The position numbers and the translations under genes are program-made. From Chloroflexota bacterium (lineage in GTDB: Bacteria > Chloroflexota > UBA11872 > VXOZ01): DNA of 64,000 bases. The number at the start of each line of letters is the position of its first letter. Position 1 is the stretch's first letter. The notes below the pieces were generated by a model, which did no database searches, was not told where the DNA came from, and saw nothing but the letters and a program-made list of their open reading frames with translations. Location: assembly GCA_964291655.2 (NCBI GenBank), contig OZ219802.1, positions 384,001 to 448,000 on the forward strand, given 5' to 3'. Below, in pieces: positions 1-8,248 of the stretch.

Positions 1-162
1 GGCGGCTCGGAGGGTGTCTCTTGAAACGACATTGACAAAGGGAGGGAATTGCAAACACTAAAGGGGACGCCTACTATCGTTGCATAGCGACTCGTCAAGG
101 TCAAGGCTGCTACTCTTACTACGAACCTTGTTAGTCTGTCGTACGATTGCTAGAATCCAACC

Positions 163-1458
163 ATGGACCGCATCACCCTTGAGAACTTCCGCTGTTTCCG
201 AGAGAAGCAATCAGCGCGTTTGGCCCCGCTGACCCTTCTTGTTGGCAACAATAGTACGGGAAAGACATCTTTCTTGGCGCTAGTCCGCGCGTTATGGGAC
301 ACCGCCTTCTTGGACAGAGTACCGGACTTTCGAGAGGATCCATTCGACCTTGGTACGTTTCAAGACATCGCTCACAATCGCGGCGGTAGAGGTAGCCAAG
401 CAACATCTTTCGATGCAGGATTCAACTACAGAGAAAAACAAACTCCAATCAAGACAAAAAGAGGCATTTCATTTCACGTCTCATTTATTGAACGCAATTC
501 TGTCCCCTATCCGATCATGCACTCCATCACCGGGAACAATGTAGAGTTCCAAGCAGCCAAGCAGGAGGATGGGAGCTACCTCCTGCGTCTTGGCGCACCT
601 GATTCCAGTAGAGAGGTAGCTGTAGACCACGGAATATTCTTGCAAGATGAAATGTTCGTATTTCCTCTAAAGCATTTAATTTCAGAATTCGCTAGACGTG
701 ACAGAGGCGATGAGCTAAAGGAATTGACCGAAATCCTACATGAGTCATTGAGTTCAGTAATCGAAGGAAAACGACCTGTTGCGAGTGCACCGATCCGTTC
801 GCGCCCACGCCGTACGTACGATCCATCTCGCCCTACAAGGGATCCTGAAGGTGAATACGTGCCCACATTTCTAGCAAGCATCTCTGGCCGTAAAAAGAAA
901 GACTGGATAGTTCTTCGAGACGCGCTCGAAGAATTCGGGCGAGAATCAGGACTGTTTGATGAGATTGACATTAAGCTACTTGGCAAGACTGAAGGATCAC
1001 CATTCCAAGTTCAAGTTCGAAAGTTTGGCGGACGATTGAAAGGCGTCAAGCGCAATCTTATAGACGTTGGCTACGGCGTGAGCCAAGCGTTGCCGCTACT
1101 TACCGAGCTACTTCGTGAAGATGCGTCTTCCATGTACTTGATGCAACAACCAGAAGTTCACCTCCATCCCAGCGCCCAAGCCGCCCTCGGCAGCCTATTT
1201 TGCAAACTTGCCGGCTCGGAATTTCAACTCATTGTAGAGACTCACAGCAACTATATCCTTGACCGCGTCCGCATGGATGTTCGCGACAAGAAGACAGATC
1301 TCAAACCGGAAGACGTTTCGATCCTCTTCTTCGAAGCCGGCGAGCTTGACGTCACCATTCATTCACTGCGTCTGGACCAAGAAGGCAATGTCCTGGATGC
1401 GCCGCCGGGATACGGGCAGTTTTTCATGGATGAAACACGACGCTCTATCGGAATCTAA
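163..1458 (+). CDS. ABC-type (AAA_21/AAA_15, DUF3696-like) ATPase, defence-associated type
   Basis: N-terminal 'ITLENFRCF', Walker A GNNSTGKT, signature-like DVGYGVSQ, Walker B region YLMQQPEVHLHP, H-loop VETHS; no transmembrane partner. Confidence 0.85.
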   Translation: MDRITLENFRCFREKQSARLAPLTLLVGNNSTGKTSFLALVRALWDTAFLDRVPDFREDPFDLGTFQDIAHNRGGRGSQATSFDAGFNYREKQTPIKTKRGISFHVSFIERNSVPYPIMHSITGNNVEFQAAKQEDGSYLLRLGAPDSSREVAVDHGIFLQDEMFVFPLKHLISEFARRDRGDELKELTEILHESLSSVIEGKRPVASAPIRSRPRRTYDPSRPTRDPEGEYVPTFLASISGRKKKDWIVLRDALEEFGRESGLFDEIDIKLLGKTEGSPFQVQVRKFGGRLKGVKRNLIDVGYGVSQALPLLTELLREDASSMYLMQQPEVHLHPSAQAALGSLFCKLAGSEFQLIVETHSNYILDRVRMDVRDKKTDLKPEDVSILFFEAGELDVTIHSLRLDQEGNVLDAPPGYGQFFMDETRRSIGI

Positions 1459-1929
1459 ATGTGTACGATTATCGACGCTAACGTGAGAGACCAGGTCTTT
1501 GGTGACAGCCGACCGAAAGCGGGGGAATACCTTTTCGACCAGCTAAACAGTGATATGAAGAATCTGAAGCTTGTCGTAGGCGGCAAGCTCCTGCAGGAAC
1601 TTAGCCAGTCTACGGCATTTAATACTTGGCTTCAGACTGCACTTCAGTTTGGTAGGGCACAACGGGTTCCTGACGAAGAGGTGGAAATCGCGGCCAAAGA
1701 GTTGCAGCAAAAACAGATCTGCACATCCGACGATGAGCACGTGGTTGCTCTCGCGGAAGTAAGCGGAGCACGCTTACTGTTTACAAACGACAAGCCCCTG
1801 CAGAAAGACTTTGGCAATCGACAGATTCTTGGAGGCATCCAAGGGAAAGTCTACACGACTGTGAAGTACGAACACGTCACAAGTACGCATAAGGCACTTC
1901 TCAGACGTACCGACCTTTGTGGCACTTAG
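1459..1929 (+). CDS. PIN-domain protein (putative RNase toxin)
   Basis: IIDANV at the N-terminus, SDDEHVVALA and LFTNDKPL acidic motifs typical of PIN; ATG directly follows the ATPase TAA. Confidence 0.7.
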   Translation: MCTIIDANVRDQVFGDSRPKAGEYLFDQLNSDMKNLKLVVGGKLLQELSQSTAFNTWLQTALQFGRAQRVPDEEVEIAAKELQQKQICTSDDEHVVALAEVSGARLLFTNDKPLQKDFGNRQILGGIQGKVYTTVKYEHVTSTHKALLRRTDLCGT

Positions 1930-2000
1930 TGCCAAGCGATGAACAGGCGCTTGTTATCATCAAGACGAGAACAGTAAACATCTAGGGAAACAGCTTAACC

Positions 2001-2813
2001 GTGAAACGCATTCAGCAAAGAATCTACGAACTTCTGGAGGTCGCCCACCCTGACGACACCGCCAGCCGTTTCACCGACCTCTTTCTCTTTATATTGATTG
2101 CCCTCAACGTCATCGCGGTGATTGTGGAGACCGTTGATGACGTGAAGACTCAATACGCTACCGTCTTCCTGTACTTCGAGGTCTTCTCGGTCGCGGTGTT
2201 TACGGTGGAATATGTGTTGCGCCTATGGACGTGTGTCACGGACCGCAAGTATGCCCAACCAGTCTTAGGACGCCTCCGCTTTGCCGGTTCGTGGCATGCC
2301 GTAATCGATCTGTTGGCAGTTTTGCCGTTCTTTCTCCCGATGTTCCTGCCCATTGACTTACGAATCTTGCGTGCCCTGCGCTTCTTCCGCCTCCTGCGTT
2401 TCTTGAAGCTGAGCCGCTATTCCGAATCGATGCGCATTTTTGGCAAAGTCCTGCGCAGCGAACGTGCCGAATTGATGGTGGCGCTCTTCGTCGCAGGCGT
2501 GCTGCTCATCATCGGCTCCAGCTTCCTCTATCTTGTGGAACACGATGCGCAGCCGGACGTGTTTTCCAGCATTCCGGCAGCCATGTGGTGGGGCGTAGCA
2601 ACCCTCACGACCGTCGGCTATGGTGACGTGTACCCTGTGACCCCGATTGGCCGCTTTCTCGGCGCGATCGTGGCCATCATGGGTGTAGGCATGTTCGCCC
2701 TGCCAGCCGGTATCCTGGCATCCGGCTTCGCGCGAGAAATGGGGAAACGTCGTGCAGAGCCGGAAGTCTGCCCTCACTGTGGCGAACCCATCCACGAAGC
2801 TGAAACAGAATAG
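2001..2813 (+). CDS. Voltage-gated (6TM) potassium channel
   Basis: Selectivity filter TTVGYGD, S4-like LRILRALRFFRLLRFLK, six hydrophobic segments. Confidence 0.92.
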   Translation: MKRIQQRIYELLEVAHPDDTASRFTDLFLFILIALNVIAVIVETVDDVKTQYATVFLYFEVFSVAVFTVEYVLRLWTCVTDRKYAQPVLGRLRFAGSWHAVIDLLAVLPFFLPMFLPIDLRILRALRFFRLLRFLKLSRYSESMRIFGKVLRSERAELMVALFVAGVLLIIGSSFLYLVEHDAQPDVFSSIPAAMWWGVATLTTVGYGDVYPVTPIGRFLGAIVAIMGVGMFALPAGILASGFAREMGKRRAEPEVCPHCGEPIHEAETE

Positions 2814-2968
2814 AACGCTTGAGGATTTGCCCGACGTACTGTTGCTAGCATCAAGCGCGAAATTGGTACTAGACTTTCATAGATTTCCCACCGCCACACG
2901 GCGCAGGTGCTAACGCGTCCGTACGGGATTCAGGGCAAACGGATAGAGCTAGGCATCAATGCCAGTTT

Positions 2969-3499
2969 TCAGTCTTCTACGTATTCACCGCGTGCCACCA
3001 AGTACTCCCGCGCGTAGCCCAAGTATGTTTCCGCGTTGCTATAAATGCGTTCAATCTCCTGCTCGGTAACCTCGCGCAGCACTTTGCCCGGGACACCAAG
3101 AATCAGCGATCGCGGCGCGAACTCTTTCCCCTCCGCGAGCACTGCTCCCGCGCCGACGATGCTTTCCGGTCCCACAGTTGCACCGTTGAGCAGCAGCGCG
3201 CCCATGCCGACGATGCAGTGGTTGCCCACACTCGCTCCGTGAATGACGGCGGTGTGACCTGTCGTGACGTGCGACCCAACCGTAGATGGAAAGTTGTGGT
3301 CGGTGTGCACGACGCAATTCTCTTGAATGCTGGTGTGCGAGCCAATGACAATCGGCGCAAAGTCGCCGCGCAACACGGCTCCATACCACACGCTGGCATA
3401 GTCGTGGATCTCCACGTCGCCAATGACGTAGGCGTTCTCCGCAATGAACACGTTCTTGCCAACACGGGGCATCACACCCTTGTATGACAGCAGTGGCAC
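2969..3499 (-). CDS. Gamma-carbonic anhydrase family (YrdA/PaaY-like) hexapeptide-repeat protein
   Basis: VIGDV, VWYGAVLRGD, IQENCVVH, GHTAVIHG motifs. Confidence 0.92.
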   Translation of the reverse strand: MPLLSYKGVMPRVGKNVFIAENAYVIGDVEIHDYASVWYGAVLRGDFAPIVIGSHTSIQENCVVHTDHNFPSTVGSHVTTGHTAVIHGASVGNHCIVGMGALLLNGATVGPESIVGAGAVLAEGKEFAPRSLILGVPGKVLREVTEQEIERIYSNAETYLGYAREYLVARGEYVED

Positions 3500-4044
3500 T
3501 GTTCAATTCCTCTCTCGTATTCGCTTCAGATCTGGCTGTTACTCGAATGGACAATATCCTGGATCTTGTACGCCTTTGCAGCACATCGTCACTGCCCATC
3601 ATAGCATTCGCTCTCAAACGCACGAGAGAGTCTACTCGTTGGAGAGTGTGGTTAGATCCAAGTCCGAAGCCGGCATGCCACTTCCCACTGGCGATATTCT
3701 CTCCTATCCGGTACCGGGTAGGAGAAGAGGGGTGCCTCTCCTTGGAGAGAGGACCGAAGAGAGCGGCAGCCTGCACCGCACCAGCCCAATTTCACCTGAG
3801 TGTCAGAGATCCCCAGTGCTCGCTTCATACCCCGAAATGGAGGTCTCCTTCTGAAGAGGGACTGGGTGAGGGAATAACACTTGCCTACCGCGGAATGTCC
3901 GAGGGATTGGTAGCGAATGCGAGACCGCAGTTACAACATGACAAGGCTCTGTGGCAAGTCACGACATACGTGTACGAATACTAATGCCTATGCTATGGTG
4001 ATATAAATTGCACATGAGATAACTGAGACAAGGAGATTGAAATA

Positions 4045-5493
4045 ATGGCGGTTTCAACAGAACCGAAGCACTTCGGACTGCTCATTGACGGAGAGTGGAT
4101 CGAACGACGCGACGGCAAGGTGTTAGAGGTACGCAGCCCCAATGACGGTCAGGTATTTGCCACACTGCCGGAGGCGACGCAAGCGGATTTAGACGCGGCA
4201 ATCGAGGCGGCGCAACGCGCCTTCGACAAACAAGAGCTTTCAGCCTACCAGCGCTACGAAATTCTCTACAAAGCGTCTCAGCTTCTTACGGAGCGCGTCG
4301 AAGATATCGCCTTCCACATGAGCATGGAGGGCGGTAAGCCGATCAAAGAGGCGAGGATGGAGGTAGCGCGCGCAGCCAGCACGATTCTCGTTGCAGCCGA
4401 AGAGGCCAAGCGTATCCACGGCGAGCAGATTCCGGTGGAGGCTGCCGTGGGCTCGGAGAAGCGCCTGGCGTTCACGTTGCGCCAGCCCATCGGCGTAATC
4501 TGCTGCATCTCGCCCTTCAACTTTCCCGCCATTCTCGTTGCGCACAAGATCGCGCCGGCGATTGCTGCCGGCAATACCGTGGTACTCAAGCCCGCCAGCG
4601 CCACGCCGGTCACGGCGGCGAAGATTTGCCAGGCGTTCCTCGATGCCGGGCTGCCGGCGGGTCACCTCAACCTGGTGGTCGGTGGCGGCGCAACTGTCGG
4701 CGAATGGCTGATTCAGGACGAGCGCTTCGCCATGTATTCGTTCACCGGCTCACCGGAGGTCGGCAGACATCTGCGCAATAGCATCGGTCTCCGCCGCGCC
4801 ACGCTGGAATTGGGCGCCAACTCACCCGTGATCGTGGACAAGACTGCTGACGTGCAGGCAGCCGCGGAAGGTGTGGCCCAAGGCGGCTACATGAACGCCG
4901 GTCAGGTGTGCACATCCGCCCAGCGCATCCTGGTACATCGCGACGTCGAAGCGGAGTTCATCGCAGCATTGGTGCCGCACGTTGAGAAGATGCACGTTGG
5001 GCCATCCTTCGAAGACAGTACCGATGTTGGCCCCATGGTCACATTGAGCGCCGCCGAGCGCGTGGAAGCGTGGTTCAAGGAAGCGGCTGCAGACGGCGCG
5101 AACGTGCTCTGCGGCGGCGAGCGCGATGGGCAGTTCGTTACGCCTGCCGTGCTGAGTGGCGTGCGCTCTGATATGCGCATTTTCAAGGAAGAACTATTCG
5201 GTCCCGCGGTCACCGTGACAGTATTCGACGACATCGACGAGGCGATTGCCCTGGCGAACGAATCGCGCTACGGGCTGCAGGGCGGCATCTTCACCAATGA
5301 CCTGGAGACCGCCTGGAAAGCCGCCAAGCAGGTGCACATCGGCGCACTCATGATCAACGATACCTCACGCTACCGCGCCGACCAGATGCCGTTCGGCGGC
5401 GTGAAAGAAAGCGGCATGGGTCGCGAGGGTCCCAAATTCGTCATCGAAGAGATGACCGACCTGAAGCTGGTGGTCTTCAACCTGCAAGGATAG
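4045..5493 (+). CDS. NAD(P)-dependent aldehyde dehydrogenase
   Basis: SPFNFP, LKPA, FTGS, LELGAN, catalytic GQVC, EELFGP, PFGGVKESG. Confidence 0.95.
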   Translation: MAVSTEPKHFGLLIDGEWIERRDGKVLEVRSPNDGQVFATLPEATQADLDAAIEAAQRAFDKQELSAYQRYEILYKASQLLTERVEDIAFHMSMEGGKPIKEARMEVARAASTILVAAEEAKRIHGEQIPVEAAVGSEKRLAFTLRQPIGVICCISPFNFPAILVAHKIAPAIAAGNTVVLKPASATPVTAAKICQAFLDAGLPAGHLNLVVGGGATVGEWLIQDERFAMYSFTGSPEVGRHLRNSIGLRRATLELGANSPVIVDKTADVQAAAEGVAQGGYMNAGQVCTSAQRILVHRDVEAEFIAALVPHVEKMHVGPSFEDSTDVGPMVTLSAAERVEAWFKEAAADGANVLCGGERDGQFVTPAVLSGVRSDMRIFKEELFGPAVTVTVFDDIDEAIALANESRYGLQGGIFTNDLETAWKAAKQVHIGALMINDTSRYRADQMPFGGVKESGMGREGPKFVIEEMTDLKLVVFNLQG

Positions 5494-5576
5494 GCTGTGT
5501 GCCTGCGCACTCAGTGACAGCCAACGAACGAGCTTGGTTGACCTCGAGTGAGGCGATCCCGACGAGGCTGTCTTCA

Positions 5577-5683
5577 GTAGCGCGGGGGCTTGTCCCCCGC
5601 CTGCTTGGAGGCTGCTTCGTAGCATTAGAGTTAGACCCTTTCGGTCCGGATGCATAGCCGTAGCGCGGGGGCTTGTCCCCCGC
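5577..5683 (+). repeat. Two identical copies of a GTAG-type REP-like palindrome
   Basis: GTAGCGCGGGGGCTTGTCCCCCGC at 5577-5600 and 5660-5683 (GCGGGGG/CCCCCGC stem after a GTAG tetranucleotide). Confidence 0.8.
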
Positions 5684-5826
5684 CCCTTGGTATTGGCGAC
5701 CCTACGGATTCACTCACGTGATCGCACTTTGGTCGAAAGTGCTAAGGACCAAGCGTGATGCACAGAAGAGGCACTCTGAGATACTCCTACACACTCAGCC
5801 TAAGCGATACTAGGTAAGCAATCATC

Positions 5827-7452
5827 ATGCCCAAAGACCGCATGCTCAGCGTAGAAGAAGCGTTCGCGCGCATCGTCTCCCAGTTCTCCGTACTTGAAAC
5901 GGAGACAGTGCCCCTAATGGACACGCTCGGCCGCGTGCTGGCGGAGGACGTGGTGAGCGCCGAAGACGTTCCGGCTTTCGATAACTCGGCAATGGACGGC
6001 TACGCCGTGCGCTTTGCCGACACCAAGGCGGCGAGCGAGGCGCAGCCGGTACCCTTGCGCGTGGTTGGCGACCTGGCCGCCGGTTCAGTTCCTTCTAACC
6101 CACTGGGGGCTGGCGAGGCCGTGCGCATCATGACCGGCGCGCCGGTACCGCCGGGGAGCGACGCTGTGGTGCCGTTTGAGGATACCGACCGCACCGACTG
6201 GGCGAAATTCGGCACGCCCCCCGGCGCAAGCGGCGATCCTGCCACCGTCGGCATCCTGCTGGCGCCGGAGTACCAGGACAACGTGCGTTTTCGCGCGGAA
6301 GACATCAAAGCCGACGAGACCGTGCTCTTGCAAGGACAACGCCTGCGTCCTGCCGAAATTGGTGTGATGGCCTCTTTGGGAAAGTCACAGGTCGCAGTCT
6401 ACCGGCGGCCCGTGGTGGCCGTGATCCCCACCGGTGACGAGGTGATCGAGATTGACCAGCCTTTGCAGCCGGGGCAAGTGCGCAATAGCGCGGCCCACGC
6501 CTTGGAAGCGCTTGTCACTCGCTATGGCGGCATTCCTCGACGACTGCCCGTGGTCGGTGACACAGTTGAAGAGACCCGCGCGGCGCTGCTCTCCTGCCTC
6601 GATTGTGACCTGATCGTGACGATCGGCGGGGTCTCCATGGGCGACTATGACCTCGTGCGCAACGTGCTGGGCGCGGAAGGCGAAATAGATTTCTGGCGCA
6701 TCCGCATGCGCCCCGGCAAGCCGTTGGCTTTCGGACACATTGAGGGACCAGCACGTGCCGCTGATGCCAGCGCACGACCAGATAGAGTAGCGGACACCTC
6801 CGTCATTCCGGCGCAAGCCGGAATCCAGTCTTCGCCCTGCTCACCAGAAGACCCGGTCGCATCCGTCAAGCCCACGAGCGCAACCGAAGAGTATGCAGGT
6901 ACGTCCGACACTCCCGCGCAATCGGGAATACTTCCCTCTCCTGGGGGAGAGGGTCAGAGTGAGGGGGCATTTCCCGCGGAGGTTTCTGGTCCCATCACTC
7001 CCGCGAATGCCTCAGATTCCGTCATTCCCGCAATTGTCTCTGATTCTGTCATTCCCGCGAAAGCGGGAATCCATCTTACTTCCGATGCTCCCAGCCGCCG
7101 CGTCCCCGTGGTCGGCCTGCCCGGCAATCCGGTCTCGGCTTATGTCACCTTCGAGGAATTCGTCCGCCCGGCGCTGCTCGTCATGCAGGGCCACACACAC
7201 CTGCACAAGACCACCGTCACGGCCCGCTTCCTCGACAGCATGGAAAACCACGGCCGCCGCCAGTTCGTGCGCGTGATCGTCGAGCGCGACGACCACGGCT
7301 ACACCGCGCGTCTCACCGGCGAGCAGGGCTCGCAGCTTCTCACGTCCCTCGCCAAAGCCAACGGCCTCGCCATCATCTCCGAGCACACCACTTATGTCGA
7401 GCCCGGCAGCGACGTCACCGTGCAGATGCTCGACTGGCCGGAAGAGGCGTGA
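5827..7452 (+). CDS. moeA: Molybdopterin molybdotransferase MoeA with a ~116-aa repeat-derived insertion
   Basis: FDNSAMDGYA, RIMTGAP, TGDE, GGVSMGDYD, MRPGKPLAFG, GLPGNPVS, GSQLLTSLAKANG. Confidence 0.93.
   Translation: MPKDRMLSVEEAFARIVSQFSVLETETVPLMDTLGRVLAEDVVSAEDVPAFDNSAMDGYAVRFADTKAASEAQPVPLRVVGDLAAGSVPSNPLGAGEAVRIMTGAPVPPGSDAVVPFEDTDRTDWAKFGTPPGASGDPATVGILLAPEYQDNVRFRAEDIKADETVLLQGQRLRPAEIGVMASLGKSQVAVYRRPVVAVIPTGDEVIEIDQPLQPGQVRNSAAHALEALVTRYGGIPRRLPVVGDTVEETRAALLSCLDCDLIVTIGGVSMGDYDLVRNVLGAEGEIDFWRIRMRPGKPLAFGHIEGPARAADASARPDRVADTSVIPAQAGIQSSPCSPEDPVASVKPTSATEEYAGTSDTPAQSGILPSPGGEGQSEGAFPAEVSGPITPANASDSVIPAIVSDSVIPAKAGIHLTSDAPSRRVPVVGLPGNPVSAYVTFEEFVRPALLVMQGHTHLHKTTVTARFLDSMENHGRRQFVRVIVERDDHGYTARLTGEQGSQLLTSLAKANGLAIISEHTTYVEPGSDVTVQMLDWPEEA
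6748..7095 (+). repeat. Cluster of palindromic repeats inserted in frame in moeA
   Basis: GTCATTCCGGCGCAAGCCGGAATCCA (6802-6827), GTCATTCCCGCGAAAGCGGGAATCCA (7048-7073), partial GTCATTCCCGC (7021), CCCTCTCCTGGGGGAGAGGGTCAGAGTGAGGGG (6934-6966). Confidence 0.85.
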
Positions 7453-7594
7453 CAATGCAAGAGTGGGAGTGTTCCATCGCGCAATCGTACAAGTATCAAA
7501 ACTCTATGGAAGCTTTCTCCCCCGGCAATTGTCTCCAAGTCTGCCATTTGGTACACTTGGTTTAGGCTATTGAAGGCCTCCCGAAAGAAGGAGC

Positions 7595-7843
7595 ATGGCG
7601 TTGGCAGTTTTCGATACACACAAGGCCTATGAGGCGCTTACGGCGGGAGGATTCACGGATTCTCAGGCAAAGACATTACTGGATACCCTCGGTGATTCCA
7701 ACGAGGCGCTTGCCACCAAAACAGACATAGGCACGGTAAAGACCGACCTTCGCGAACTAGAATTGCGTATGAGATTGCATCTCTATGGCGTAGCCATCGT
7801 AGTCATTGGCGTCTTAGCCGCCTTGGAACTGCTGCCTCGGTAG
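7595..7843 (+). CDS. DUF1640/CCDC90-like small coiled-coil protein with C-terminal TM anchor
   Basis: FDTHKAYEALTAGGFTDSQA...LATKTD pattern, hydrophobic C-terminus, RBS AAGGAG; paralog at 50371-50592. Confidence 0.75.
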   Translation: MALAVFDTHKAYEALTAGGFTDSQAKTLLDTLGDSNEALATKTDIGTVKTDLRELELRMRLHLYGVAIVVIGVLAALELLPR

Positions 7844-8048
7844 ACTCACTCCAGCGAATTCGTCGAGATGCCTGTCACCTGCTAGCGATTGTCCCTTGTC
7901 CGCTGCTCTGCTACACTCTACCCAACAATGCGGGGCAATGTCATTTGATGCAGATTTGCACTCCACTTAGCGGTGTCGTTCTGGACAATGCCGATGATTG
8001 AACTTGAGTCACCGCTACTCTAGCCCGCGTCGCCAGAGGAAGCCACAC

Positions 8049-8210
8049 ATGTTGATCCAGTGGATGTCGACGCTCAGCACCGTGGACACCATGCTCTTCT
8101 TCATCTCGCTCGTCGTGATCTTCCTCATGCTCGCCATCCCCTTCGCCCTGCTCTTCTCCGTCGCCATCATCGACGAAATCCTCTCCAACCGCTTCAGCAG
8201 CCTGGATTAG
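8049..8210 (+). CDS. Small single-pass membrane protein (53 aa)
   Basis: ATG at 8049 after AGAGGA RBS; strong C-ending codon bias; one long hydrophobic stretch. Confidence 0.6.
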   Translation: MLIQWMSTLSTVDTMLFFISLVVIFLMLAIPFALLFSVAIIDEILSNRFSSLD

Positions 8211-8248
8211 CCCGTCGCTTGCCTCTTGGCTGCCTAGCTCCAATCCAT

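Noticed and set aside
3444-3984. ORFs 3444-3854 and 3484-3984
   Set aside because: No recognisable motifs. They cross an intergenic region containing hairpins and degenerate CCCTCTCC/GGGTGAGGG-type repeats.
5577-5683. Possible mini CRISPR array (two identical 24-bp palindromic repeats)
   Set aside because: Only two copies, a 59-bp spacer, no cas genes; the GTAG-plus-hairpin form fits REP elements better.
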